64,000 nucleotides of DNA, taken from assembly GCF_006345805.1 (NCBI RefSeq), contig NC_043008.1, forward strand, positions 66,402,001 through 66,466,000. The letters are read 5' to 3'. How positions within the stretch are numbered: the stretch's first letter is position 1; each line of letters opens with the position of its first letter. The position numbers were made by a program, and so were the translations under genes. Below the pieces are notes generated by a model. The model made no database searches. It was not told the origin of the DNA and saw only the letters and a list, made by a program, of their open reading frames with translations. The stretch comes from Octopus sinensis (lineage: Eukaryota). Shown in pieces: positions 12,076 through 25,654 of the stretch.

Positions 12076-12290
12076 TTAATTCTTTAGCATTCAGATTTCC
12101 CAAGTGAAATGCTTATTTGTTTGCATTGATCATGAATTATTTTTTAGCTGTGAAATTTCAATGATATGAGTGTTTTTTTTCAGAATAGTATTGTAGGGTA
12201 AGTGTGAGAGACCAGATCTGACCAGTGTGAGCATAAAGCAGATAGAATATTTTGGCAAGATATGGCCAGTTTATATATTAGATGGTTAGG
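12076..12290 (-). mobile_element. piggyBac-like MITE, same family as 11690-11903
   Basis: TTAA-TTCTTTAGCATTCAGA start; internal sequence is the reverse complement of the 11.7 kb copy. Confidence 0.6.
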
Positions 12291-12719
12291 GAGTGGAACG
12301 TACAATTTCCTGTAAGTCATACTGCCTCATGGCCCCAGCAGACAAAATGGAAAAGGCGGTAAACTGGAGGATGGCAAGGGAGATGTTCTGAAACATACAC
12401 TCTGACTCACGGGGCTCACATTCATTTTCTTCATTAAGCATGATGTCAAATATTGTAGAAGAAGAGTATAAGTGATTGCATCAAACCCAAGTTTTTTACT
12501 GGTATTTACTGACATTATCAGCTCAGAATGCAGCATGATGAGTCAGAGAATGAAAGGGGAATTCAACCCCAGTAGAAATTAAACCTGGAATCTGAGGGGA
12601 TAGGGAATGAAATACAATACTTCAGCATTTTATTATTTTTGCCTCATCACCCTGATGATGATGAGTGGGGGAGAAAGTGGTGCAAGCCCTTTTTAACTTA
12701 CAAAGATAGATAGTTAGCA

Positions 12720-13500
12720 AGGATGGGGGTTGGTGGAGCAGTAACTCAATTAAATCAACCCCAGTACTTGACTGTTACTTCATTTCATCAACCATGAAAT
12801 AATGAGTCAGAGTTGATCTCAGGAAGATTTAAACACAAAATGCTGGAAGAAATACCACTAAACATTTTGTCCAATGTGCTCGCTTGCTGCCTTTATAATA
12901 ATATGATGATAAGGGTTTCAAATTTTGGCACAAGGCCAACAATTACAGGAGAAGGGGCTAGTTTATTACATTGACCCCACTGCTGAAATGGTACTTATTT
13001 TATTGACCCTGAAAGGATGAACAGCAAAGTCAACCTCAGAAGAATTTGAACTCAGAATGTCAAGATGAACAAAATGCCTATTTATTTACTACCCACAAGG
13101 GGCTAAACACAGAAGGGACAAACAAGGACAGACAAATGGATTAAGTTGATTACATCGACCCCAGTGCGTAACTGGTACTTAATTTATTGACCCTGAAAGG
13201 ATGAAAGGCAAAGTCGACCTCGGCGAAATTTGAACTCAGAACTTAACGGCAGGCGAAATACTGCTAAGCATTTCGCCCAGTGTGCTAACGTTTCTGCCAG
13301 CTCGCCGCCTTAACAATAGTAATAATAATAATAATAACGGTTTGAAATTTTGGCATGAGGCCAACAAGTTCAGGGGAAGTGGGGAAGTTGATTTCATCGA
13401 CCCAGTACTCAGCTGGTACTTATTTTAAGGACCCCCAAAACAATGAATTTGAACACAGAACATAAAGATGGACAAAATGCTGCTAATAATGATAATAATA
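12720..13500 (-). mobile_element. Cluster of SINE family B copies including a dimer (12935-13310)
   Basis: Repeated CGACCCCAGT...GGTACTTA...GAAAGGATGAAAGGCAAAGTCGACC...TTTGAACTCAGAAC; separated by (AAT)n. Confidence 0.85.
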
Positions 13501-14304
13501 ATAGTAATACTAATTTGTAATAATTTCCTTCTTGTCTTTCTATTTCCATGTATGTATTTGTCTTAGCTTTTTATTTCATTCACTTGGTTCTTCTTCTCAT
13601 GAGAACATTCCACAGAATTATAAATAATGTAATGGTACTTAAAAACTATTTCAGACGAAAGATAAGTCTTCTACATTTAATACACTTGAAAAAGAAATCA
13701 ATTAAATTCAACACTTTGATATTATCTCATTGGCATTGCATAATGTTGGCAGCATTTAGCACTGAGACATATGTCACACGTATTTCAGACTCACAACGAA
13801 GCAGACTACACAGACACATACATACATACATATATGTATGTATGTGTGTGTATGTTAGAAAATATTGAATTAATGCAGTTTATCGTGACCAATATGTCAC
13901 CGTGGCATTACATCTCCAAGACAACTTATGGCTTTTAAAATCAGTTTCTCACTTAATATATTTAGATTGATTCAATACAAAAATATTTCTGATGTGCTGT
14001 TTATTTAGTAATTTGGCTTGCATGAACAGCAAATATCTCTGGGGGAGCGGGGTTGCCACCTCCATTTATTAGACTAAGAAAGCAGGTTCGGTGCTCTGTG
14101 GATAACACAACGGTTAAAGGATGCTACTCTGTTGGTCAGAAGTTCAAATCCCTGTCAATACTTAGTTGTTTCTTGGCCGAACACTTATGTGTTCTAAATT
14201 TTCTTTTTCCCCTGTCTCTTGAAAATTAGCAATAATTTTCACAGTACCTGTTTATATATATGTATGTGTGTATTTGTGTATATATATATATATGTATGTA
14301 TATA

Positions 14305-14630
14305 TATAAGGTGCCTGTGCCAGTGGCATGTAAAAAGCACCATCCAAACGTGGCCGATGCCAGCGCCACCTTGACTGGCTTCCGTGCCGGTTGCATCTAA
14401 AAAGCACCAACCGATCGTGGCTGTTGCCATCCTCCCCGGCACCTGTGCCATTGGCTACGTAAAAAGCACCCGCTACACTCACGGTGTGGTTGGCATTAGG
14501 AAGAGCATCGAGCTGTAGAAAAACTGCCAGATCAGACTGGAGACTGGTGCAACCTCCTGGCTTCCCAGACCCCAGTCAAACTGTCCAACCCATCCTAGCA
14601 TGGAAAACGGACGTTAGACGATGATGATGT
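14305..14630 (+). mobile_element. RTE LINE 3' UTR fragment with three ~65-bp tandem units
   Basis: Three GGCA(T/C)GTAAAAAGCACC-like cores, then the CCAACCCAT...GATGATGAT tail. Confidence 0.8.
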
Positions 14631-14935
14631 GCATGACTCAGCAGTTAGAGCATTGGATTCCTGGACCAGACAGTATGCTGTCTTCTTGAGCAAGACCTTT
14701 TATTTCACATTGCTTTAATTCACTCAGCTGTAGAAATGAGATGCAATATCACTGGTGCTAAGCTGTATCGGCCTTTGCCTTTCCCTTGGACAAAATCGGT
14801 GGCGGGGAGAGGGGAGGCTGGTATGCATAGGTGACTACTGGTCTTCCATAAACAACCTTGCCCAGACTTGTGCCTTGGAGGGGAACTTTATAGGTTTAAT
14901 TCTATCGTCAGTCGTGACTGAAGTGGGTACTTGCC
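14630..14935 (+). mobile_element. SINE family E (D-type centre with a different tail)
   Basis: TTCTTGAGCAAGACC...CACTCAGCTGTAGAAATGAG then GCTGTATCGGCCTTTGCC...CTTGCCCAGACTTGTGCC; reverse copy at 35945-36245. Confidence 0.75.
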
Positions 14936-15464
14936 CTCTGTGCGTATGTGTGTGTGTCTGTGCGTATGTGTGTATGTCTGTGCGTATGTGTGTGTGTATT
15001 GTCTTATCTCCAGGCAATAAGCTTGTCCCATTCCTTAATATCATATGTAAATTTTGGAGAAATTCTTGATATTTTAGGATCATCTCCCTCTCTCTTTTGG
15101 AGCTATTCTCAATTACCATTTGGTAGTTGTGGCACATTCTGTAGGGGCAAAGATAGTTTTAATAAATCAAGAATATCGTACGGTGATTAATATACTTATA
15201 TTTGTCTACACATGTTTGTGTGTTGATAAACATGTAGATATATTTGTGAGAAAATCATGTATGATATAGTTTCAATGTATCTATGAGGAGGGCAGATGTG
15301 TTCTGTTATCACAGATCGACCAAAATCTTTTCAGTTCATTTGACAGACAGGAACAGAAAGAAGATTATTGTGTGTGTATGTATGTTTGTATATATTTATG
15401 TATGTTTATGCATAAATATGTATATGTTTTTATATACATGTGTGTATATGTATGTGGATATCAC

Positions 15465-15812
15465 TGTGATCACCGTAACCAACTAGGCTATTGGATGTTG
15501 TTACACATCGCTGGTCACAATGCACTTCGCATTGTTTTAGCCTTCAAATGACACCACCCCACTGGCTAAGCAAGCAGGCCAACAGCTGGACGGGACGCCA
15601 GTCTGTTGCAGCGTTACCCAAGAAACAGGAAGAAAGAGTGAAAATTGTGACGAAAGAGTACAGCAGGAATCGCCACCACCCCCTGCCGGAGCCTCGGGGA
15701 GCTTTAGGTCTTTTCGCGCAATAAACACTCACAATGCCCAGCCTGGGAATCAAAACCATGATCCTACAACCGCAAGTCCGCTGCCCTAACCACTGGGCCA
15801 CTGCACCTCCAC
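15465..15812 (-). mobile_element. SINE with family C head and centre but a different tail
   Basis: 15620-15812 matches 4800-4990; left part carries CAGCTGGACGGGACGCCAGTC (D-like motif) instead of the C tail. Confidence 0.75.
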
Positions 15813-16253
15813 ATGTATGTGGATGTATGTGTATATGTGTATATTTGTGTATGTATACATGTATGTATATGTGCATGTATACATATGTGTATGTATGTGT
15901 TTGTGTATATATGCATATGTGTATGTATATACAAATACATGTATATATGTGTACATATGTGTATGTATATATATGTGTGAGTGAGCATGTGTTTCTGTTT
16001 CCTTATTTGGACATCCTGATAGTTGTTAATGTCCATGTCATACTAGTTGTCTCCTTAATTTCCTGTCTTCCATGAAAACACGCCTGACCTTAACGAAATA
16101 TTACCTTGCCAGGAGACAGGTGAGTGTTGGTAACAGGAAGAGCATCCAGCTGTTGAATGTCTGCCTCCACAAATTTCATCTCATCCATACAAGCATAGGA
16201 AAGTGAACATTAATATATATGATTGTAATACCATATTCATATTCATGAATGTC

Positions 16254-16254
<1 letters not shown>

Positions 16255-16302
<48 letters not shown>

Positions 16303-16355
16303 TCTCTCTTTCTCTCTCTCTCCCTCTCTCTCTCTCTCCCTCCCTCTCTCTCTCT
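16255..16355. repeat. (CT)n microsatellite
   Basis: Direct observation. Confidence 0.95.
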
Positions 16356-17265
16356 CAAGTTAAGCCTGTCTTTGATGTAGTTTTTTATTTGTTTTTTTGT
16401 TCTATTCAGTCCCTAACTTATTAATGAAGCCATTCCTCTGACCTCGTTATCAAGTTAATTATATGCAACAGATAAATTATTCAACAGTAATGATTGTATT
16501 TCATTCTTGATTAAAATGACAATGTTAATGAGTCTAATCAAGGGTGGCTGGAATCTCTCAGGATCGGCTAGACTGACTGTCTCTCTTTCCCTCTCTCTTT
16601 CTCCCCTGGCTGCTGGTCCCTGTTGTTTGTTCTATTTTTGACCTCGTCAGTAGAGTCCTTGGCAATAATGAAGATGAGAGAACCTCAAACTTTCTTCTTT
16701 GCTTCTCCTCTTCATCCTTCCTCTCTTCCTACCTCTCCTCTTCCTTCTCCTCCTCCTCATCATTATAGTGAAAGTTGTTGATGAACCAATGAGGTGGGGG
16801 GAATCATTTGCAAGTGCTCAGTTTGCTACAATAAAACAAAAACAAGAAACATCAACCAAATAACATATTCTACCATCTTAAAAAAAAATACATTAAAAGT
16901 AAAATAAAATAAATAAAAACGTTGGACAATGTACTTTTGGATATAGATAAATGACAGGATGGTCACAGTTGGAATGTTTTTGATTGCAGGTTTCTTTGAC
17001 TAGGCCTGACCTGGGGTTAAACAACAACAGCATTATCAGGAATGTTGCCATTGACAACGTTAATATTGTAAATGTTAATCATATTTATTAATAATTATCT
17101 TCTGTATCCTCCCTTCTTCATCTCCTGTAATTTTTACTTACTTTACAATAGCCATAGCCTTCCCAGGCATATTGCATGATGCCTGTGTATGAACAGCTAT
17201 GCTACATGGCAGTGAGACATGGGCTGTGACTACTGAGGATATGTGAAGGTTTGAAAGAAATTAAG

Positions 17266-17445
17266 CCAGCGACTTCGAGGGCCACCTCCCAGTGGTGTTG
17301 TGCGTCAACGAAGAGCCCTTCACTACAACAAGACAACCAAAGTTGTTTTTTTTCCAAGGTCTGGGGTCTCCCGCCCCTAAGCCATAGACCATCACCTAAT
17401 CACCCTTACCCCCATCTTGTTGCTTAACAATAACAACAACAACAC
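17266..17445 (+). mobile_element. Unclassified dispersed repeat ending in (AAC)n
   Basis: Reverse-complement copy at 24559-24736. Confidence 0.65.
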
Positions 17446-17587
17446 CTGAGTGAAATGGAGCAACATGAAATGGAAGTATCTTGCTCAAGAACACAATACA
17501 CAGCCTGGTCTAGGAATCAAACTCACTACTTCGTGATTGTGAGCCCAGTGCTCTAACCACTATGCCATGTGCCTTTACTTGTGTGTG

Positions 17588-17619
<32 letters not shown>

Positions 17620-18199
17620 ATGCTGTAGGTTATCATTGTTCTCAGACACTTTTCACTTGTTCCCTCAATTATTCATCTATTTTAGCAATATTATCATAAT
17701 GGAATGATGATGTAATCTGTATGGTTACTACCATAGCAATCTCCAGTATATATCTGTTATTTTCAGCAGCAAGCCCTCATTCTTCAGTGCATGTGAGTAA
17801 GGGGTAGGGATCAAGGTTGTTTTCAGGAACCCCTTATTTTGAATAACAGAGCTATTATCTTTCAACAGATGTTGGCATAATGGGTCCAAGTTTGTTCTCC
17901 CCACTATTCTTAACAACTGGGCTGTTACTTTTCAACATATGTAGATTTGATGTAATCAGGCTTATGCACATCTCTTACTCGTAGTGGTAGAATCACCAAC
18001 CATTCGCAGATGTAAGTTATAAAGAATGTGGCCAAGAACCATTTTTGTAGATGCAGGGAATTCTCAGATTTGCATATGTATATATGTATGTATGTATGTG
18101 CATATGTAATGTGTGCATCTATAAAATGTTTATGTTTCAGTGTGTGTGTGTGTGCGCATGTAGTACATATATGTAGTAATGTAGTGTATATATATGTGT

Positions 18200-18445
18200 G
18201 GAGGCGTTTGCCTTAGTGGTTAGGGTGTCAGCACCATGATCGTAAAATTGTGGTTTCGATTCCTGGACCAGGCCATGTGTTGTGTTCTTGAACAAAACAC
18301 TTCATTTCACGTTGCTCCAGTCAACTCAGTTGGCAGAAATGAGTAACGCTGCGATGGACTGGTGTCCCGCCCAGCTGGGGAACACATACACCATTGAAAC
18401 TGGGAAACTGGGCCCATGAGCCTGGCTAGGCTATAAAAGGGCGCA
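18200..18445 (+). mobile_element. SINE family D
   Basis: GGAGGCGTTTGCCTTAGTGGTTAGGGTGTCAGCA...GGTTTCGATTCC...GCGATGGACTGGTGTCCC. Confidence 0.85.
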
Positions 18446-18596
18446 GAGAGAGTGTATATATGTATATGTCACAAAATATGGAATCAAATAATCCAGTAGT
18501 ACTCATAAAAAAGCTCCTTAATATATCATTCCACAAAATGTGTATATGTGTATTTACGTGGGTGGAGCAATTTCTGACAATTCCAAGCACTTAACC

Positions 18597-18930
18597 GTCA
18601 TCATCATCATCATCAATATTTACCGTCTGTTTTCCATGCTGGCACAGATTGAATGGCTTGACAAGGACTGGCAAGGCCAGGGGCAACACCAGGCTCCATA
18701 GTCTGCTTTGGCTTGATTTCTATGCCTGGATGCCCTTCCTACTACCGACCACTTTACAGAGTGCACTGGGTGTTTTATACATGGCACCAGCACTCACATC
18801 AATGCTTTTTATGCAACACTTTGGTTTAGGATCTCGATTCTGTTGTCATGGGCAGGTCTTCTTGAGCACAACAATGCACCTTATATCTCAGTCAATTGTC
18901 ATCTCCTTCGTAAGGTTCAGCGTTTTGTGA
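18597..18930 (-). mobile_element. RTE LINE ORF2 end plus 3' UTR fragment
   Basis: (TCA)n tail, UTR, and CTTGAGCACAAC...ORF-end similarity to 20713-20790. Confidence 0.7.
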
Positions 18931-19067
18931 TCGGCTTTCAATACTTTGTTCCCTGCCTTCCTCTTCCACAATAATATTCATGGATACTCATGCTTGTAAG
19001 TTAGTGGTGATACATATTGGCCTGGAATAATAGATTGGTATTTAAAAACTGAAGAAGATTTTAACAA

Positions 19068-19425
19068 GCGCAGGAGTGGCTGTGTGGTAAGTAGCTTGCT
19101 TACCAACCACATGGTTCCAGGTTCAGTCCCACTTTGTGGCACCTTGGGCAAGTGTCTTCTACTAAAGCCTCATGCCAACCAATGCCTTGAGGGTGAATTT
19201 GGTTGATGGAAACTGTGTAGAAGTTCATTGTATGTGTGTGTGTATATATATATTTGTTTTTTTCATCAGATCATTTAATGTCCATTTTCCATACCAGCCT
19301 CTGTGTATGTATGTTTTTGCATGTCATGTGTTTGTCATCCCACTATACGCTACCAACCCTTTTGTAGTAGTGCCCCAGCATGGCCACAGTTCAATGACTG
19401 AGACCTATGTAAAAAGAAAAACCAA
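19068..19425 (+). mobile_element. SINE family A
   Basis: AGGAGTGGCTGTGTGGTAAGTAGCTTGC head; degenerate tail. Confidence 0.8.
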
Positions 19426-20305
19426 ATATATCCTATGATTGATCATTGTGGAGTTGCAACGATTCTGGATTTTTTTTTTTTTGTGAAGAAGAAGGTGGAA
19501 TCAAATATGTTGGGATGGGGTGTGGTGGGGTGGGACTTAGGACAAAAATGGTTGAGAAACTCTTGTTTACACTTCACTTCATCTAACACATGGCAAGTAA
19601 ACCAACACAGCCATGCATTTTCTTGGCAGCTATTGCTTCCATTTCAACCATAAATTCCCTAAGAAAGATGCAAAATTGTATCACCAGTTGGAAGTGAGCA
19701 TTTGGGTCTCTGACAACAGTTGACACTGGCTGCCTGGATTGATGGATGGCAGGATAGAGGTGACTGATTGGTTGGTGGAGGTGGTGGTGGGGTGTAAAAA
19801 ATGAAAAATAAAAAAAATGACATACATATTGAAATGATGCTTCCAGATAGACACTGTGAATTGCCAAGTGTGAAACCGATATGTTTATCTATGGTAAATT
19901 CTTCATCTTTTTCATCTTCCTCTTCTGCAGTCAAAGAGAAAGGAAGAAGAGGAGACATGGAATCCGATACCTTGAAATTCCATCTCACATGTTGCTGACA
20001 ATTACTGCAGTGGCACTACCACCACCACCACCTTTATCATCTCATAGTAATATATCTGTTTATTGGTGCTACGTGGTGGAGTGACTGGTGTTTTTTTCTT
20101 TTCTGTGTCTGTGTGTTTTTAATATTGTCATTTCTTGAAAGGGATGTGTGTAGAAAGCCATGCCACTTTCAATTCCAACTGTGATCAGGATGATGATAAT
20201 GAAGATTATGATGATGACTAATGATGATAATAATAATGATAGTGATGATGATGATAATGATAATAACAGTAATGATGATGGTAACAATAGTAATAATGAT
20301 GATAA

Positions 20306-21310
20306 TCGTCATCATCATCATTGTTTAATACCTGCTTTCCATGCTGGCATGGGTTGGATGGTTTGACTGAGGACTGGTAAGCCAGGAGGCTGCACCAGGC
20401 TCCAATCTGATCTGGTAAGGTTTCTACAGCTGGATGTCCTTCCTAACACCAACTACTCCAAGAGAGTAGTGGGTGCTTTATACATGTCACTGGCACAGGG
20501 GCCAGTCAGGTAGCACTGGCATCAACCACACTCGAATGATGCTTTTTACATGCCACCAGCACAGGTGTCAGTCAGGCAGCACTGGCATCGGCCGTGATTA
20601 CAATTTCACTTGACTCAACAGCTCTTCTCAAGCACAGCATATTGCCTGACAACTGAAGAGTATTTTTAAACAGGCCAGCTATGCAACACTGGCATTGGCC
20701 ATGGCTACAAATTCACTTGGATTGATGAGTCTTCTCAAGCACAGCATATCTCCAAAGGTCTTGGTCGCTTGTCATTGCCTCTGTGAGGCTCAACGTTTGA
20801 AGGTCGTGCTTCACCATCTCATCCCATGTCCTCCTGGGTCTACCTCTTCTACAGGTCCCCTCCACTGTTAGGGTGTGACACTTCTTCATACAGCTGTTCT
20901 CATCTATATGCAACCCATGACCAGTCGTCTCTTGCTCACCACATCTGATGCTTTTTATGTCCAACTTTTCTCTCTGGGCACTTACACTCTGTCATGTATG
21001 CACACTGACATTACACATCCAGTGGAGCATACTAGCTTCATTTCTTTCACTCTTAAGCATGTCTTCAGCTGTCACGGCCCATGTTTCACTGCCGTGTAGC
21101 ATGGTTGTTCACACACAGGCATCATACAGTCTACCTTTCACTCCGAGCAAGAAGCCCTTTGTTACCAGCAAAGGTAGAAGCTCTCTGAACCTTACCCAGG
21201 CTATTCTTATTCTAGCAGCTACATTCTCAGAGCATCCACCCTTGCCACTAACTTAGTCACCTAGGTAACAGAAGCTATCAACTACTTCTAGTTTTTTCCC
21301 CCTGGCATGT
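20306..21310 (-). mobile_element. 5'-truncated RTE-clade LINE: C-terminal ORF2 (21291-20713, 3 in-frame stops) plus 3' UTR
   Basis: Manual translation LEVVDSFCYLGD*...RIRIAWVRFRELLPLL...LYDACV*TTMLHGSETWAVT...GTCRRGRPRRTWDEMVKHDL...DLWRYAVLEKTHQSK*; YLG, GSETW and RGRP..W are typical of the RTE ORF2 C-terminal region. Confidence 0.9.
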
Positions 21311-21496
21311 AATGGAAGCTGTTTTCTGTACATCTTTGATGTTTATTGCCCCTGTGCATCTGCCATATACAAAAACTATCTTCCCAGTTAACCTTCCTTT
21401 GATATTATTGCACCTCTTATGTGTCCATAGCTTACACTGGGTGATGATGATAGTAATGAGGATAATAATAATAATGGTGATAATATTGATAATAAT

Positions 21497-21898
21497 CCCT
21501 TCTACCGAAAGCACAAAGCCTGAAAACTTGGTGGGGAGAGGACTAGTCAATTGCATCAACCCCAGTGTTTCACTGGTACTTAATTTATCGACCCCAAAAG
21601 GATAAAAGGCAAAGTTGACCTCGATGGAATCTTAACTCCGAACGCAGTGACAGGCGAAATACCTATTTCTTTACTACCCACAAGGGGCTAAACACAGAAA
21701 GAACAAACAAGGACAGACAAACAGATTAAGTCGATTTTATCAACCCCAGTGCGTAACGGGTACTTATTTTAATTGACCCCGAAAGGATGAAAGGCAAAGT
21801 AGACCTTGGCAGAATTTGAACTCAGAACGTAACGGTAGACGAAATACCGCTAAGCATTTTGCCCAGCGTGCTAACGTTTTTGCCAGCTCACCGCCTTA
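21497..21898 (-). mobile_element. SINE family B dimer
   Basis: Two monomers joined at ...GCGAAATACC|TATTTCTTTACTACCC (~21663). Confidence 0.85.
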
Positions 21899-23592
21899 AT
21901 AATAATAATAATAATAATGATGATGATGCTGATAATAATAATTATGATGATGATGATGATAGTAATATGCCAGCATAGAAGGCAGATATTAAACGATAAC
22001 AATGTTAATAGTAATTATAGTAGTAATAATCATAATAATAATTTTTATTTGTTACCAGGCAATGTGAATGCTACATCATAATAATGTATTGTTTATGATA
22101 TATTTATTACAAATGTAGATGTAGAAATGGAATTTTTTGATGTATGTATCTTTATTTCATTTGTTACAGTTATTGTTGGGGTACCTTCTTCAAAGGTATA
22201 GTCAAACAAATTGTCCCCGGTACTTACTTTGAGTCTGTTGATTATTCTGTCAATCACTTTTGCCAAATCAGTAAATTACAGGGATGCAAACAAACCAACA
22301 CTGGCTGTCAAGCAGAGAGGAGGACAAACACACACACATGCATGCATACAGATAGATACATACATTCTTTCACATAGCCATATATACAACATGCTTCTTT
22401 TAGTTTCTCTCTACTCAGAAAGCTCTGTTTGGCCTGGGGTTATAAAAGAGCACTTTTGCCCAAGGTGCTCACACGGAGAATCTGAGATAACGTTGGGAAG
22501 CAATCTTCTTAACAAACACAGCCATGCATGTATGAAAATATATATATAAAGAAAGCAATAATGTTTATATTATATATAAAACATTATTGTCTAGTATCGC
22601 ACAATTGGCATTAAAACAAAAGGATTTCGCCAGACAGCTGGCTGATCGCTCTAGTTGATACTCCCATGCTAACTAGCAGATCATTTGGCATCCATCATAT
22701 ATATATATATATATATAAAACAATAGTGATGCATATACTTAACATTTTGGCCTAGTATCTTGTTAGTGACATAAATAGAGTGAAAGGGTTACCGTCAAGA
22801 ATTTAATCTGGGTTTCTACTCACATGGCTGAATCATCAACCAGCTGTAACCAGACTTCCTTACTCTAAGAACACTTACTAGATCTAATATAAAAAGAGCA
22901 ATTATATCTAGCTTACCTTTATTGTTTGGTATCTTGTTAAAACTAATCACAGCATGCTCTGTGTTAATGACAAATCCAGGTAACAGTTACAGAAAATTTC
23001 TGTTATATAATTATTTGCCGAAAGGAATGGGTGTAAGTGATGACTGTTTCTTGCAAAAACAAGAACATTGAAGGATTACTCTTTCACTTATATCACCATA
23101 CTTTTGTATTCGTGTCGCTGCAGCATGTGCCTACTAGATGATGCAGTTAGCTGCAGCTGTTACCATTCCTCTAAGAATATCTGTGTTTTTACTTAAACCC
23201 TCCTCTTTTTCTTTTTCTATTGTTATTATCTTTTACTCTTTCTTTATAAATATAAGGGAATTGTTAAGGGGCTTCTGTTTTTTTCTAACTTTTCATATTA
23301 TTTTATTTCGTATCATGTTTGCTCATTGGCACATTTGTTCCTGCAACTACTTTACAGTCCAGCACCGTCCTACTATTGTTTCTCTTGTAATATTCTAACA
23401 AATCCCTTATACTTTTTTATAGATGGTTGCTTCTAAGAGCTTTATATAGCCTCCCTAGTTTATTTTCGGGTGTGTATGTGCATGTGTGTGGTATAACAAG
23501 CAGGAGAAACAAAACTCAATGCATTAATATATATGCTTTTTTTAAAATATTATTTTCAATCCCAGAAAATTAAAAAAAAACAAGATATATAA

Positions 23593-23624
<32 letters not shown>

Positions 23625-25289
23625 GGGCTCAGTAGTGTATAGTCACAAAAGTGCATTTGTGTATGTACATGTTGATATAAGTACAGGCACGGCTGTGTGG
23701 TTAAGAATACTGCTTGCAGTCCATATGGTTTAGGGTTCAGTCCCATTACATTGCACTGTGGGCAAGTGTCTTCTACAATAGCCCCAGGCCAATTAAATCC
23801 TTGTGGATGGATATTGTTGTGAGAAACTGAAAGAGATTTATATATATATATATATGAGGTATTCTCTTGTCGTGAACAACAAATGAGGGTTCAGTAAAAT
23901 AAAGTGATAATCATGTTCTATGGACATGAATGTGTCTCTTAAGGCCTGCTGGTGTGTTGCACACCTTTCAGCAAATGGAACATGGGTGTCCATATATGTG
24001 TGTGTGTTTCTGTCTCCTTGCCTTGATATCATGTGGTTGTTGTAAGCAAGTTTCACCATAATGCAGGCTGTATCTTTCATTTCCAATCTTCAGTAGAAAC
24101 ACACCTGGTCATGGGGAAATATTACCTTATTTGGAAACAGGTTAGGGTTGGCAACAGGAAGAGCATCCACCCATAAAAAAATTTACCTCAACAAGTTCCA
24201 AGCATGAATGTTAAAATATATTTATGTATGTGTGAGTGTTTATGTATGATTGTCTCTTGCATGTATGATTGAGATACAGTTTGTATGATAATTCTGCAAA
24301 TATACTGCAGTAACTTATATTTTCTAGTGGTTTCTTTATTCCCACTTTTCTTCAACTATTCAAGCTTACCTTGAACTACTGCCCACAATTGTATTTCTAT
24401 CTTTCCTCATTAACAAGACCCCACTTTGGTCATGAATGACCATGGGATTGCACCGAGAAAGTTCCCCTCCGAGGCACAAGTCCAAGCAAGGTTATTTATG
24501 GAAGATCACTACCTCATGATTGTGAGCCCAACATTCTAACTACTAAGCCTGCTGCTGATGTTGTTGTTGTTGTTGTTGTTAAGCAACAAGATGGGTAAGG
24601 GTGATTAGGTGATGGTCTAGGGCTTAGGGGCAGGAGACCCCAAACCTTGGGGAAAAAAAAAACTTTGGTCATCTTGTAGTCGAGGGCTCTTCGTTGACAC
24701 CCGACACCACTGGGAGGTGGCCCTCGAAGTCACTGGAAATGGAGATCTCCAGGTCCAAATTCTTGAACGGCTGCTGCTGTTAAACCCCTAAGCTTTTCTC
24801 ATCCCAGCAGACCTATAACCAGATGTGTTCTAGCCATTTCTATCCCTTCATTATTATTTTTTTCCAAATATAATATATCTTGGACTGTATTATCACATGT
24901 ATCCTTTGCTCAGATTAATCCATACCATTTTAAAAACGAGTAATTGAGTTGCTATTTCTAACCAGTGGAGCTACAATATTGAATCCCCCTTGCTGGTACA
25001 AGAAGCTTCTTCTACACATGTTGCTTCTTTCAGAGAACAACACAATAGTGACAACAAATTTATCAAATAGACCAGAACAAAACAAAGTATTTAGTTTTAT
25101 TTTATTCTATTCCTCTTTTCACTTTTGCCCCCAACTGTTTGTTTGTGTGGATCAATAGTGTTTCTGTTTAAAATATAAAGATTTGAATATTTATAAAGGA
25201 GAATGACTCTGGTTTAGGTGAAGCATGACAAAATATGAAATTTGAAATTCTGTGTGAAGAATATATTGAGAGACAGGTTGAATGAATCA

Positions 25290-25630
25290 TAATCATTTAA
25301 CATCTGTTTTCCACACTGGTGTGGCTTTGACAGTTTAACAGGAGCTGACCAGCTGAAGAGATGATCAGGCTCCATGTCTGTTTTGGTGTAGTATCTACAG
25401 CTGGTATGGGTGCTTTTTACATGGCACCAGCACTTACGAGCCTGCAAGATTAGGCATGCTCAGCTGGAGAGGGTTGCAAGTGATGATGAGCCTGTATGCA
25501 AGGGCAACCACACTTTACTTCACTTGGCCTGTTTTTTCAAGCACAGTAAACTGCCAGGAGTCTTGGTCCTTTGTGATCCCCTCTGTGAGTCCCAACATTT
25601 GTAGATCCTTTCTCACTACTTTGTCCCACA
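25290..25630 (-). mobile_element. RTE LINE ORF2 end plus 3' UTR fragment
   Basis: Minus translation KDLQMLGLTEGITKDQDSWQFTVLEKTGQVK*, homologous to the 20.7 kb ORF2 end. Confidence 0.8.
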
Positions 25631-25654
25631 GGAAATATATATTGGAGAGAAATA

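Noticed and set aside
16600-16660. CTGACGAGGTC hammerhead-like start on the minus strand
   Set aside because: No GAAA core and no stem I or III pairing.
17700-18030. Possible decayed Penelope ORF (minus) or 26-nt microexon (plus, TTTTCAG...GTGAGT)
   Set aside because: Only weak resemblance, with no diagnostic motif or supporting neighbouring exons.
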